NCBI GenBank assembly: GCA_964016885.1
Contig: OZ024748.1
Span: 56,420,001 to 56,484,000, forward strand
Reading direction: 5' to 3'
DNA: 64,000 nucleotides
Origin: Eledone cirrhosa
Lineage: Eukaryota
Positions 43,427 to 57,730 of the stretch are shown here, piece after piece; position 1 is the stretch's first letter; each line of letters opens with the position of its first letter. Under the pieces are notes generated by a model. That model was not told the DNA's origin. It saw nothing but the letters and a program-made list of their open reading frames with translations, and ran no database searches. Made by a program: the position numbers and the translations under genes.

Positions 43427-44034
43427 TGTATATATATGTATATATATATAAATATATATACACATTTATTGTTTCAATGAAGCTCAAAGCTCTGTACACT
43501 ATTGAACACTTAACCGCAAGCCCTCTCGACTAAACCTATTTAAAATACATTTCTGGAAACTCAATGTCATTGCGGTTTCTAAACAAGAGAAAATCATTCA
43601 GGGAAGAATTATAAGACAAATAATGCACTCGCTCACAAGTAAACAAAAATACATATGTTTGAGTGTGTTTTGGAAATCTTTCGCTTCTGACGATATATGT
43701 TTCAATGGAATGATAAAAGGATCATCTTTCTTGTGAAATGTATTTTAAAATGCCTAAGCCTTCCATAGAAACGCCTAATTTTATAGACATATTTACGGAA
43801 TTTAAGCGTGCAGCTCACATATTTAGATGTTTCTCCAGAAGTACAGTGAAATAAGTTTCCCTTATCTAGGAGGCTACGCATCACCATGAAACGAACTGAA
43901 TATATATATATGTGTGTGTGTGTGCGTGTGCGTGTGCGTGTGCGTGTGCGTGTGTGTGTGTGTTTGTGTGTTTGTGCATGCGCGCGTGTGTGTGTGTATA
44001 TGTATGGGATTTGCTCATAGAAATGTCCCCTCTG

Positions 44035-44240
44035 AGGCACAATTCTACGCTACCAGGGTTGACCAAAGGAAAGTTAGAGGCCGAACAGCTTGGCATCAGT
44101 GACGTCTCAACTCAGATCTACAGCTCAGTGTACTGGAGCAATGTGAAATAAAGTATTTGGCTCAAAAACACAGCCCTGTCCAGGAATCAATACTCAATTG
44201 GTTAGAGCCCGACTCTTTAACCACTAATCATGCATCTTCC
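44035..44240 (-). mobile_element. tRNA-derived SINE (family 2)
   Basis: Minus strand has tagtggttaaag (A box), attgattcc (B-box-like), then gtgtttttgagccaaatactttatttcacattgctccagt. Confidence 0.65.
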
Positions 44241-44251
44241 CCTACACGCAT

Positions 44252-44330
<79 letters not shown>

Positions 44331-44687
44331 CTTTAAGAGAAAGAAAGAGAGAGAGGAGGGGGAAGAGTGAGAGAGAGGAGGGGGAAGAGTGAGAGAGAGA
44401 GAGAGAGAGAGAGAGGCGAATGATTGAATAAGAAGGAGAGGGAGATTATACATTTTAAATATAACTGAGAAAGATCATATCATAAATTTAAGTTTCAGCA
44501 TAACTTTAAAAGAAAATATTTTCTTTGTAATTCCCATCTGTTCTGTCAGCGTTTACGAATGTTAAATTGTAAACACATATTTAAGAAAGCTCGTAGAAGC
44601 TAGTTTGTTTTTCATTTCAATTTTCCTAAAAAAAGACACATATATTTCTTACATAGGAATATTGATCAATAAACTTATGTGTCAAAG

Positions 44688-44764
44688 TCGTGTGGGTTAG
44701 AGGTTAGGGTATTCGTCTCGCCATCCTACGGTCGTGAGTTCGATTACCAGTGTGTCCTTGAGCA
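44688..44764 (+). mobile_element. SINE family 2 head fragment
   Basis: tgggttagaggttag (A box), gagttcgattacc (B box) and gtgtccttgagca. Confidence 0.65.
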
Positions 44765-44833
44765 TATGCAAATTAGGCTGCTCAGCTGTTAATATGCATA
44801 AGGAACGTATATACTTTCAAACGTTCAATCATT

Positions 44834-45153
44834 TGACAGGAAGGTATACGATGCTGACGAAAGTTAATGAGCTTGAAACCAGTTCATCGTTCCTTTGTCA
44901 GTCTTGAACAAAAGGGCAACGATGGTTGCTGAAAACTGTACGTCTTAATTCGGGCTGTTTGTTTACAAACAAACCGAACATTATAATAAATGTTCGGTAA
45001 ACCCATGCGTACATATATATATGTGTGCATCTATGCATATATATGCATACTACTGTACGTCTGTATGTACGTATACTGTACGTATACATACTTACATTTA
45101 AGTACCAGCCGTACTAAGAGTGAGAAATGAAATTTCATTTCATTCTTTTCCAT
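44834..45153 (+). mobile_element. Hammerhead-headed repeat, family D (copy 2)
   Basis: acgatg CTGACGA aagtt aatg agctt GAAAC CA GTT catcgt (44848-44890). Homologous to 3749-4070. Confidence 0.8.
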
Positions 45154-45177
45154 TTATATTGATATATATATATATAT

Positions 45178-45350
45178 AACAAAGAAGGTGTGGTAAGATA
45201 CCAGTTGGACCATAACGCACCAGAGTACTCAATACTTAGGCTAGTAGAGTGGGTAATAGGAAAAGAGTCAGGACCCCGACGTCTGAGTTCCGGTCGTTTC
45301 GGATCTAGTTGAAACAGCCGGAGCTCAGCCGTCGGTGTCCTGACTCTTTT
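45178..45350 (-). mobile_element. Family B hairpin island (copy 2)
   Basis: Arms 45261-45300 / 45311-45350 with the same tail as the 19981 copy. Confidence 0.8.
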
Positions 45351-45504
45351 ATATATTTACATGTGATTCTTGTAAATTCATTGAGAGAGTGGATGTTGGC
45401 TGGGCCATACGTAATCTTAACGGATAATATATGTATATATGTGTGTGTGTGTGTGCGTATGTGTGTGTGCGTGCGTGTGTGTGTGAGTGTGTGTATGTGT
45501 GTGA

Positions 45505-45537
<33 letters not shown>

Positions 45538-47105
45538 CTAGAAGTTTAGCCCGGTTTGCTCGGGTTTGTTCATTTGCTATGAAAAGTTACATACAGGTAA
45601 ACGTGGCTTGAAAGAGAATAAGCTTATAAATTAAGTGCATAAAGCAGTTGAACCGGTTATTAAAAGTTACGAACCAATTAGCATTTTGGACAATCAATGA
45701 TGGGTTAATAATCTTCCAATAGCGAATTTAGCAGACCAAAGTTGCAAGATGGTGGCCCTGATGCTGCTAGGTGTCAGATCTGTCCGCCATGGGTGACCCT
45801 ACCAGGAAATAGTTTTCCAGACAGCATAGCTCCAACACTTGCACCAACATCTACAGCAGTTCTTTGTAGACGATATTTCATGTCATCCATTGAGGAGTGT
45901 AAGCAAAAAGTCCATTCCTGCTCCCTATGCTGGAACAGGCAACATAAAGTTGGCTATGGGAGAAGTATGGCACCCCTAAATGGATGCCCATTACCGACAA
46001 TGTTTGCCCTTGTGACTTGTTAATGGATATGGTAAAACATGGTCTCACCGTGAATTGGGATCGCCGGAATCGAACGGGATATCTGACGCCGAGGGGAAAA
46101 GGTTCATCCTTGGCAGTGTATTCGGCAGAATTGCCAGAAGTACAACACTATGGGTGTTGTCATATTAATATTTAACCAATTAAAGTCGTAAAAAATAAAT
46201 AATTTAAACATTCCGATTCATATGTCTATAGCATTAATCTGTTATATGAAGTGTTATTTTGCGGGTTGTTATTTGCAATAAGCCGATTTAAAATATCCCA
46301 GAAAAGCCGTATGTCAATACGGAACTCCAATGATTCCCTCAGCAGTTAAATTATAGAGAGGGGGGATTAATCTATTATAGAGAGAGGGAAGAGCGACGGA
46401 GAGAGTAAAGATAAAAAACTATAGGGAGGTGTGTAAAACAGTGTTGTCATATAGAGAGTGAAGAGCGACAGAGAGAGTAAAGCAGTTAAATTATAGAGAG
46501 GGGGGAATGATTTATTATAGAGAGGGGGAAGAGCGACGGAGAGAGTAAAGCTAAGAAACTATAGGGTGGTGTGTTAAACCTCAAAGCATGAAGAGAGTAA
46601 AGCAGTTAAATTATAGAGAGGGGGAATAATCTATTAGAAAGAGAAGGAAGAGCGACGGAGAGAGTAAAGCTATGTTTGAGTAAAGCTATGATGTTGCTTA
46701 GTTTTCAAAGTTTATGTCGCGTTCCTGAACGAAGTTTTGTCGCTGTTGTAAACTGTAATGGTGATAGGGTAGTAGAGACAGGCATTAACCTTTTAAAGAG
46801 AGTTGCAGATGAGATTGAGAGGGAAGTGGAGGGAGTGATGAACCTTTTAAAGTGAGTTGCAACATGTATGTAGTTTCATAGATTGTTGAGGGTAGTAGAG
46901 AGAGATTAAGCGTGTAAGAGAGAGGGTTACAGCATGTATTTAGTTTTATCGATTTTTTCATAGAAGCAGGTAATTTTGGGCAAAGTTTATTACGCGTTGA
47001 CCATCGGTTGTAAATTTAGAGCACATTGGAAAATAAATCATCAAAATCGGTAGAGAAATGTGGAAATGCATAAAAATCATACACACACACAGACAGACAT
47101 CTTCC

Positions 47106-47115
<10 letters not shown>
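45538..47115 (-). mobile_element. Non-autonomous Helitron with internal insert and minisatellite
   Basis: 3' end CCCGAGCAAACCGGG...CTAG|T and 5' region (TA)n-AACGGAAGATGTCTGTCTG resemble the 5045-5826 element. The 5' TC is not visible because of the expanded TA tract. Confidence 0.75.
46341..46675. repeat. Purine-rich 120-140 bp tandem repeat inside Helitron
   Basis: agcagttaaattatagagaggggg at 46341, 46481 and 46601, with sub-repeat gaagagcgacggagagagtaaag. Confidence 0.9.
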
Positions 47116-47184
<69 letters not shown>

Positions 47185-47866
47185 GTCTATGTGTGTATAT
47201 TAAGGATATTTAGTATGAGCTACGAAGGAAAAAATAAAGATGTTTTCGATCACACAATGCTTAAGGTTTTCACACATTATTTAACAATTTAGTACAACGC
47301 TGTTTCAATATCTATAGAATTATGTCGACGTGCATATACATGACACGTTATCTGAGCCAGAGAAAAACAAAGTGCCTTGCATGACGCCACTCCTAAGATT
47401 CTATCCTCGTATTCATATAATATGGATCAAATAATAGGAGCAGCTTCAGTATTTTTAATTGTTTTTTTTTTACTCAGCGTGAACTATTAGTTTTTGATTC
47501 GCTTTTTCTTACACGAATCCTCGATGTTAAATATGTTTTCTATATGACGTGCGTGCCAGTGCTAGCTTTCCAGCTGTATCTAATTCTTTTGAAATGCACG
47601 ATATATAGTAATACAAAAAGATTGAAGGTACAAATGTATATAGGTTTATGTGTCTCTCACTGATATTTTAAATGCGACATACTCCCAGATTTACACACAA
47701 ATTCCACATACGATATTATTTATCTAATTGTATAGAGGCAACATAACTACAAAAACACAAATTTACACAGGTACACGCACAGACATCCATTCACGCAGAC
47801 ATACTTATACGTACGTATGTATCTAATTTTCTCCCACCCTTTCTTTCTTGCTATATATATATATAT

Positions 47867-48170
47867 ATAATAGGATATATGAGAGGGATGAACTCAGATA
47901 AGATATAAGTATACATGTGTTCCAATTGCAAATGACCAATTTAGCCAGGTTGCAAAAATACTAATTTAAAACAATATGATTTGCCTGACTCGATTTAAAG
48001 TAATAAATCAATAAAAATAACAAACCTACTTCGGGCAATAGCCTTCAATACTGGGACATATATCCAATCGATCCCTCTCATATATCCAATTATATTACAC
48101 GGCTTGGAAAGATTCCCTTCTTTGAGCTACTTAATTGTAAAAGACTATTTTGAGTTTATAACTCAATCTA

Positions 48171-48175
<5 letters not shown>
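47867..48175. repeat. TA-bounded island with short inverted arms plus tail
   Basis: ggatatatgagagggat / atccctctcatatatcc about 180 bp apart. Confidence 0.6.
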
Positions 48176-48207
<32 letters not shown>

Positions 48208-48230
48208 AGAGGTGTAACACACGAGTTGTG

Positions 48231-48625
48231 ATATATTAGTAAAAGGAAAAGAAAATGCTGACAAATTTTTCCCAGTGAAATATAGTTTAATTAGGAATAA
48301 GTATAAATTAGTAATAAGTATTTGTTAGTATTCAGTTTTAGTTCTAAGCTTTTACCGGTTGCGCATTTCTAATACTTTTCAAAAATAATTTTGAGTAAGA
48401 GCGCCCGTGATGTTTGCTCTAATCCCGTGATGTTTGCTCTAATTAGAGAAAACATCACGTGCGCTCTATCTCAAAATTATTTTTGAAAAGCAATAGAAAT
48501 GCGCAACCGGTAAAAACTTAAAACTAAAACTGAATACTAACAAATACTTATTACTAATTTATACTTATTCCTAATTAAACTATTTTTCACTGGGAAAAAT
48601 GTGTCAGCATTTTCTTTTCCTTTTG

Positions 48626-48634
<9 letters not shown>
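48231..48634. repeat. About 400-bp near-perfect palindrome
   Basis: About 190-bp arms centred on ctctaattagag, with a 20-bp tandem duplication at 48404-48443. Confidence 0.92.
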
Positions 48635-48662
<28 letters not shown>

Positions 48663-48668
<6 letters not shown>

Positions 48669-48976
48669 AAACAAGGACGAATGGTTACTCCTTCATTACA
48701 TTTATTGGTTGGTGACGGGTGTTTCGTAAATAGTAATTACTACCACAGAGGTCTGACGAGCCTATTGAATAAAGAGTCAGGCTAGTTCGATGCAGATCGA
48801 CCCTTGACCTGATCAATAGCGAAATGTACGACACCATGTAAACGTAATGAAGTAGTAACCATTCGCCCTTGTTGTATTATACAACACTCTGTCTAGCTCT
48901 ACAGCTCAATACTGACGTAAACCTAAACATCGATGCTCACCCGAGTGAACCTACAGTAACTCGACATTACATTCCC
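48663..48976 (+). mobile_element. Inverted pLTR-like island with long-helix-II hammerhead
   Basis: Arms 48663-48726 / 48820-48880. ggt CTGACGA gcctattga...tcaatagc GAAAT GTAC GAC acc (48750-48835); the inverted arm preserves GAAAC accc GTC acc. Confidence 0.7.
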
Positions 48977-49390
48977 TATATATATATATATATATAGGGA
49001 ACACACACACACATATATATATATATATATGAATAAATTTAGTCCTTCATCAGTGATCTTCCAGCCTTCATTGGTATTTCATCGCTTTAAAGACCATATA
49101 CCTCTGGTTGGTGCGAGCAACGGCTAAAGAAAGTCGTTGGGACACGTAAATAAGGGGAACGAGCGAGACAGTAAACAAACAAAGATGGTAATGCAACGAA
49201 AAGTGAGGAAGAAGGAGTAAAGTCCCTGAAATCGATGAACAGAAGTTCTGTGAAATCGTAGACGAGAGAGAATAAAGACCATCCAACCTGGTCGAAATGT
49301 GAGTAAAGAAAGAATTTCGCACAGGTCAAATGGGAGGAAGTAGGAGAGGGAGTAGCAGAGAGTGAGTGAGTGAAAGGCTAACAACACACA

Positions 49391-49490
<100 letters not shown>

Positions 49491-50490
49491 TGAGCATGAG
49501 TGAGAGAGAGCTGGTGGTGGTGAGATCAGGAAGACCATTAATCATGGGAGTACTCAATGCGCTGAACACCCAACTACTTGGCGCCACGGTCGTGATTTTA
49601 CATCTCTCTCTCTCACTCTCTATCTATCTCTTTCTCTCTTGACAAAACAGAAAACCTTGTCAGGCCTGTTCCAGATATGGTCCCATACATAGTTCAATTG
49701 GAACGATCTACAATGTTACTGATACAAATCCTTTCTATTCAACTATTTTTTTTTGTTTATTCATAACTTATTAATGCATATATTTTTCACTTTCACAATT
49801 CAAGATGGGGGATTGTATGAGTGAGATGACACATGTCATAGCCTTAAAGACAGACCTCATACAAGGGGTGAAGAACTAATGCAGTACAGAATTGGCAGTT
49901 ATAGCGTTACAATATGCCATATGTGTCTCTAAGTGTTTCACTCTACGAGTGTCTTCGTTCGTTAGTTTGTTTCTGTTTGTATATGCTTTATATATATATG
50001 CGTGACTGAGGGAATGTATTTGCATTTGAGTGTGTGCAAGTGTGTATGTATGTATACGTGTGCTTGATGTACGTAGTCAGTATGTGTTGCATTCTGTTTA
50101 GGTCTCTGTAACTGTCTACTCCACATTTGATATATCAGTTTGCGTAAATTATTTTATAATGTGGGGATAGTGTATGTTTGTGTACGTATATTTTATCACA
50201 CGCACGAAGGAACTGTGTATAGACTCATACAAACACGCATACGCAAACAAATACATACGTATACAGAAAGTTATACATGCACACACACAGACAAACACAT
50301 ACACACATGTATATGTATATATTACCTTATATGTACATACATATTATATATATATATATATATATATATACGTAAGCATGCAGACACTGGTACATATGCC
50401 TATGTATATAAATGAACGGAAGTTTTATACACATATACGCATAGTATATGTATAATTAAGTTAGACTATATATATATATCTATATCTATA

Positions 50491-50521
<31 letters not shown>

Positions 50522-50528
50522 CTATATA

Positions 50529-50614
<86 letters not shown>

Positions 50615-50719
50615 TAGATAGATATATAATATATATGTGCACATTTCCAAGTTTGTATTCGTGTCAATTATACGCATCTATGCGTATAATTAAGTGAAGC
50701 TACGAAATTGAAAGACAAT

Positions 50720-50780
<61 letters not shown>

Positions 50781-51696
50781 GTGGCGGTGCGTGTATGCGT
50801 GTGCATGTGAGTGTGTGTATGTCTATTTGCATATATATGAGTCTATCTTAGTAACCATAATCTCTTAGGTGTACGTCGTTACTTAGAACTAACATCCAAG
50901 TGCTATTTGTTTTAATTAAGACTGAGATTACGTGGTTTGACATTCAGGCGCCATGCCACATATCCTCACGAGAACAGATTTCAATATATATAAATATACA
51001 TTAAGTAATAACTAAATAAATAAATAACAGATAAAAAGGTCACCATATCTATTAAATCTAAAAGTAAATATATAATGAGAAGAAATTATGTAACATATAT
51101 TATACAGGATATTATAATATTTGGAGTGATATCTTTATAAAGTCGAATGCAGTTGTTTACGTCTAATTTTTGTACCCACGCCTAAATATACCATTACGCA
51201 CACTCACACTGTCTCTCTCTCTCACACACACACACATATATGTGTGTATATGTATATATATATATATATATTGCCAGAAGCTTCTGTATCTTTTATCTCC
51301 ACAGTTAATTCATTTGGTCCTCAATGTTTATCATTGACTGACAAACGGTCAAAACTACAGATACAATATAGATATAAACACATATATATAGTCTAACACA
51401 TTTCTTTCGTTGCCCATCTGCAATATCATCAGTGGTACTATTATGTTCCTCCTGTTGTAAAGTATATCTACGCCATTTTTATTTTATCTATTTATTTATT
51501 TTTGTCTTCTTCTCTGCGCATGCGTTTGCGTGTGTTTATAGTGTTTGGTGTGTGTTCGCGTTTGGGCGACTGTGGTTTGGTTATTGTATTCTATCTTAGT
51601 TTACTAGTGTGTGTTTATATGTGTTTGTTGTTATTGCGATGTATATACTAACAGATACACAGCCTTCCTATTCTCCATTTATTTTATATAAATATA

Positions 51697-51732
<36 letters not shown>

Positions 51733-53171
51733 GATATATATATACAGAGAGAGAGAGAGAGAGAAAAAGAGAGAGGGGGAGAGAGGGAGGGAGAGAGAGA
51801 GTGATAGACAGAGAGGGATGGTATATTCCCAATCACTGCACATCTCAAGGATAATTAAAGGCATCCCTTTCCTTTATATTGAACAAGATGCAATTCTATC
51901 CTACAGTATTCCCTCATTATCTTTGAGTATATCCCCTGACGAATTCATATAAAAGGCTGCCATTCAATGTTTGGCTTTTCTCTTTATTGGTGGAAAAGCT
52001 TTCAACCACAGACATCAACGAATATGTGCCAGCATACTCTAAAGCTTACTTGGGTACGCACTTGAATATTGCATAATGTTTCAAACCATGCGACCTCTAC
52101 TGTGAGCTTTTGCACATACACACCTTTATCTCTGGTCAGTGAATGTTGTCTATGTTTATTTATTTTTTACAGTTACAAAATATCTTCTTTTGGTAGGAGC
52201 TGCCTAGGCTCGTCCCACAAAACACGCGATTCCGTTTAATTAGGCTCTCTTTCTATTGCCATCAACATGTACAACACTTCCAGGTCCCCTCTAACATCTA
52301 CGGCGTCCACCCCAATATATACACCACAGTGTATGCACAGTGTATACACAGTGTATACACCACGGATATGACTTTCCTGTGTTGTCATTAGTAATATATG
52401 AAGCGAAATGATGGTAGAGTAAATCTCGTTGGCCTCTCTGTTGCCCTCAAATCCCTTTGTGTTTACACATTATATGGTTTTGTAATTAGCCACTGTCAGT
52501 ATAATCCTTTTAATTGGGGTGGATACAGTTCGCTTCGTTTCGATACTAGAGACATTGGAAGGGTGTTTGGAGGGCATTTTATACCTGGTGGAGCCCATCC
52601 CTCTCCATATTTGAAGACAATAGATGTCTTCCAGTCAAAAATTGATAGTATGAGAGAGAGAGAGAGAGAAAGAGGAATAATCGACTGCTGTACTTTTGTT
52701 ATCTATCTCGAAAGAATAAAAGGCAAGAGAGAAAAGAGCCTGTTTGAATATCGCCAAGTATTCTACCCGACGTCCTAATGACATTGCTAATTCCCGGCCT
52801 TCATCGATAGCAGTAGCAAGCTAGTGCATTATTGTCTTTACACTATAACACACCAAGTACCAAGTAACAGTTCTGATGTTTTAATTGCAATATGCACTGA
52901 TTCAAAACGTTTTACCTTGAGCAAACCCAAATACAGGATAGGTCTTGATATTGTGAGGATATTCCCATTTCATTGAAGAATTTCCATACACGTGATTATT
53001 ATTGCTTTATTGATTTCAGTAAATAATTGTCATATAATGAAGTTATAATAAGCTAAGTCACCATATTTGTCTGTGATATGGAGAATTATTCAGGATAGCA
53101 GCAAACGTGATTAAATATGTCCAAACCAATTATTTATATCCAATAACATATTATACATATATATATACTCA

Positions 53172-53252
<81 letters not shown>

Positions 53253-53275
53253 TTATTAAAATAACAGATTAAAGT

Positions 53276-53307
<32 letters not shown>

Positions 53308-53407
53308 CGTATTTACATATACATATATAAATGTGTAAATATATATATATATATACACATACGTATTTACATATACATATATAAATGTGTAAATATATAT
53401 ACATATA

Positions 53408-53487
<80 letters not shown>

Positions 53488-53759
53488 ATATTCAGGTAGA
53501 ACTTTATTACATTTCAGACGTAATTCCAACTCTCAAATTGTTGATTTCGGTTCAAATAATAGAAATAATAATATTAGAAGCAAAGCCGGAATGATTACGC
53601 ATGCGCCAGACTTATAACGATACTGCTATGTAGATCTAAACGTTGACTCGAAGTAGGTATAGACACATTTCTTTTATCGATCTCTGTTTGTCGAAACGGT
53701 ATATTGCTGGACATAACCACAAGCACACCCAAAAATGTATATCATGACTGTTCATACAC

Positions 53760-53870
53760 TGTTCATTCATTTTCCTGACATTAGTACATTACTCTATGTA
53801 CTATACATGCACCTTTGATGAGTTGTAGTGCACCTGAGCACTGTACACAATCATTTCATTATTATTATTA
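53760..53870 (+). mobile_element. Probable LINE 3' end with (ATT)n tail
   Basis: gtgcacctgagcactgtacacaatcatttcattattatt, recognised from memory as a retroposon tail. Confidence 0.4.
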
Positions 53871-53878
53871 TTATCAAA

Positions 53879-54076
53879 GGGCGGTGGATTGGCAGTATCG
53901 GTAGGGGGTCGGACGCCATGCTTTGACGCATAGAGTTACGGCCCTTGCCATTCTGAGTTCAAATCCCCCCGAGGATAACTTTGCCTTTCATCCTTATGGG
54001 GTCGATAAAATAAAGTACCAGTCACGCACTGATTTCGATTTAATCGACTTTCCCCTCCCCCCAGATTACTGGCCTT
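53879..54076 (+). mobile_element. SINE (family 1)
   Basis: Complete head and core. Confidence 0.9.
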
Positions 54077-54184
54077 TATTATTATTATTATCATTATTAT
54101 TATTATCATTATAACTGTTAGAAAGATTGATATGTATTCGAAGATATTTTGTAATCTGACTTTCATGATTGATCTTCATCATCA

Positions 54185-54590
54185 ATATCATCATCATCAT
54201 CATCAGAGAGAGGGGTATCCGAATGCAGAAGACATTCAAAATAGTCTATGAAAGGAAGGCCGTCAGTAAATCTGGTGTAGTCCATTCTTTGACATTGTCC
54301 AACCAGCTTTTGCGTTGACGTCGCGTCTACCTCCACGGTACCTTGCGTGATTGTCTTTCACAGGCTGTCATGTTATGTTAAGTAACGTGGCCAAACCACG
54401 CCAGTTTCCTCCCTTTGACAGTGAAGAGAAGAGGTTCCTGGTGACCCTCAAAACTTTCAACCTTTCACAGCACGTATTCATTGGTTTTACGGTCCCAATA
54501 GGAAATACGAAGGAGTTTCCTCATGTTATATTCCTCAACTACCTTGATTTTTCTCTCTGTTTCTGCCAAAAGTATCCAGGTTTCCCCTCT
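54185..54590 (-). mobile_element. RTE (BovB-like) LINE 3' fragment
   Basis: MRKLLRISYWDRKTNEYVL...RKLAWFGHVT...QGTVE...RQRKSWLDNVKEWT with a (GAT)n tail. Confidence 0.88.
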
Positions 54591-55386
54591 ATGTTTGACC
54601 ATTTAAATTCAAATGATGTAGTGTTTAAAATACCTAGTCTGTCACTTTGTTTACCAGCTTTCTTTTATTCTTAAGTGAGTTTCGTAGAGTCTAACTATTG
54701 AATATAATTGAACCGGAGCCTATTATGAAGACAGTTCTGAAAATGATCATGGAGCCTGCTGTCATTTAACAGAGTTGTGTTTAAAATCGATTCATCTAGG
54801 TAAAGTTCAATAAATATTGAGGAAATTATACATCTTACTTGGTAGTAAAATCATCAATATATATTTATATCGTATATCAATCCTTAACTTTATTATAGTA
54901 CAATTAATTACGGCAACCAATAAAACATGAATCATTATTTTCGCTATTTATAAATGTAATTTGCATACGCACTAAATGTGTTACCTTATAACCCTTTAAT
55001 TTTGTGTTCGAATTTTGTGAAACCAATGTTTGATGGATCACATAAATGATATGCATACATATTTGGCACTCGGTGTACTGTAATATATCGTTTGTATACA
55101 GCTATATATGTTCATACAGAGAGAAAATGGCAATATCGATAGGCGAATGGAATAATATTTTCTCAAAACCATTAGTTATAGGATTGTAGGAAATTGAATT
55201 GGAATGAAAATCTAAATTGAATGAAAGGTCTGGTTGGTTCGGAGGTTAGCAAATTGGAGTTTGATAAAACCTGCGTAGATAATGTTATAATGTTAGAGAT
55301 GTAAATACATAAATGTAAATATTCAAAATAGTGGTAAAATATACACGACCATAAATAATCGTGCGGATGTATATGTGTGTATATAT

Positions 55387-55557
<171 letters not shown>

Positions 55558-55560
55558 ACA

Positions 55561-55620
<60 letters not shown>

Positions 55621-55674
55621 AATGTATATATATATGTATACATATATATGTATATATAAATGTATATATATATG

Positions 55675-55725
<51 letters not shown>

Positions 55726-56852
55726 GTGTGTATGTATGTGTGTGTGTGTGTGTGAACGTGTTTTAAATTATACATGCGCATATAGTTGAGGAGTCAAAAT
55801 AGAACTTGATTTGCTACAGTGATGGACAAATATATGTGGAGTCTCACAATCCATAGTACATTCTTACATATACATGTATAATCTATGTCTCTACATATCA
55901 ATTTATCTCTCTCTATCTGACTTTATACCTATCGCTCGCTCTCTCATCTAAATATTTATATATGTGTGTATGCTTATACGTAAATGTGGGTGATTCGTTG
56001 CATGTAAAGCAATAGAGCCTGCAGCTGACTTGGTTATAGCTCGCTACAGCTGGTTAACCAATGTAGTGAAGCAAAAAGCAGCTTTGTAAGTCATTTCTGT
56101 GTAATACGCTGTGTCTCCTTAGATAAAACTCTTGAAGATATTCTTCGCCCACATTGAAGCTCACTTGGTGACATTATGGTGCAAGAATAAATTAGCAGGG
56201 GATCATAGATCGGCAGTTACATCTAAGCAGTATACTTGCGACTAGGTTAACAAATGTCTTTTATTCGCGCAAAGAAATAATACATGTTGTTATCTGTTTC
56301 CTGCGAAATAAATTTGTAAGCGGAATAGTGAGATTTTAACCTGTAAATGTTAACTTAGACATCCATAAAGTTATTGGCATTTACATTCAAATCGTGGAAT
56401 TTTGCTACTTTGTTAAAATACTGTCTCATATTTCCTCTATCAAATCAAGAAGTTAAGAATTCTTGGAGTTAGTAAAGACACACACACACATAAAACGTAA
56501 ATACCTGTATATTTGCATACATATGAACGTATGTATAGATCTTTTACATGTTTGAATATATAATCAAATATATATCTGTATAAGCATACATACATAACTT
56601 AATGCATTCATTCACACATAAAAATATGTATGCATGTATATATATATATATGTTAGTTGCTATCGTGTGTGTGTATAGATATGTTTATGTGTGTGCGCGT
56701 GTGTGTATATATATATGTATATGTATATTATTATTGTTGTTGTCGTTATTATTATTGTTATTATTATTATTATTATTATTGTTATTAATATATATATATA
56801 TATATTAAGGAAAAAGAACAAAGGAACTTTTATGACATTACAACAAGTTTAT

Positions 56853-56898
56853 TGCCGACAGCCGTTTCGTCCGACCATATGTGGGACTTTTCAAGGCA
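56853..56898 (-). ncRNA. Hammerhead relic with mutated core
   Basis: tgcc TTGAAAA gtcc cacatatggtc ggac GAAAC ggct GTC ggca. All three helices are intact and CUGANGA carries two substitutions. Confidence 0.65.
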
Positions 56899-57546
56899 TA
56901 TAACGGGTAATTGTAAGTTCATTATTTTCATCAACGTTTCACTCAAGATTAGCAGTTTGAAATCGTGGTATACATCAACAGCTCAGCTTGTATATTTGGG
57001 GTCTCTATTCTAAGGGGGTTCTTTTAGTTGTAGGAGTTGTAAGAGGGATGGGTTATAGGGAATTAAGAGAATTTGAAAAGGGCCTACAAGTTAGGGATTG
57101 AAGGTTAAAAATTAAGGAATTTATAAATTACGCATTAAAAGTACAAGACTTGGGATCTCTCAAAAGCACCTTTAAAAATCTCAATAAGCGCATAAAGCTT
57201 ATAAGCCTCAATAAACTTTAAAAAACAGAAGAGATTAAGAGAATAAAAAAAATAAAATATAAAAAAAAAATTTAAAAAAATAAAAAATAAAAAGTCTCCT
57301 TAAAAAATTCCTACAAAAAAATTTTTTATAAGAAATTCCCTTAAAATATTTCTGTTCTGCTTATACGCATAGAGCTTAAATAGCTACCGTCGCATATTTG
57401 GTAGGTCAGGTGTGATCATCGCGATATACGTACGACCTACCATACATCTTGCTTATATATATATATATGTATATATTTTTTTGTTCTCGTGCAATGGCCA
57501 TACTCGATAACGAGGGGGCAGCCATCATATATATATATATATATTT

Positions 57547-57730
57547 GAAAATGTTCAGGACACCGACGGCACAGGTCAAGCCATTTCGACGGTATTTCTG
57601 GACAAAATTCTAAGTATTGTTGTGCCTTATGGTCCACCAGGTTCCTCATCACACTTCTTTCCTTATATATATATTGAGTACTTTGGTACGTTATAGTCCA
57701 TCTGGTTCCTTACCACATTTCCTTCGTTAT
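57547..57730 (+). mobile_element. Family B island (copy 3, deleted, with duplicated tail)
   Basis: The left arm is retained, most of the right arm is missing, and the tail occurs twice separated by TA. Confidence 0.7.

Noticed and set aside
44695-44711. gggttagaggttagggt as interstitial telomere
   Set aside because: Too short, and it coincides with the A box of a SINE head.
48483-48512. TTGAAAA...GAAAT GCGC AAC as a hammerhead in the 400-bp palindrome
   Set aside because: The core is mutated, there is no room for helix II, and helix I is absent.
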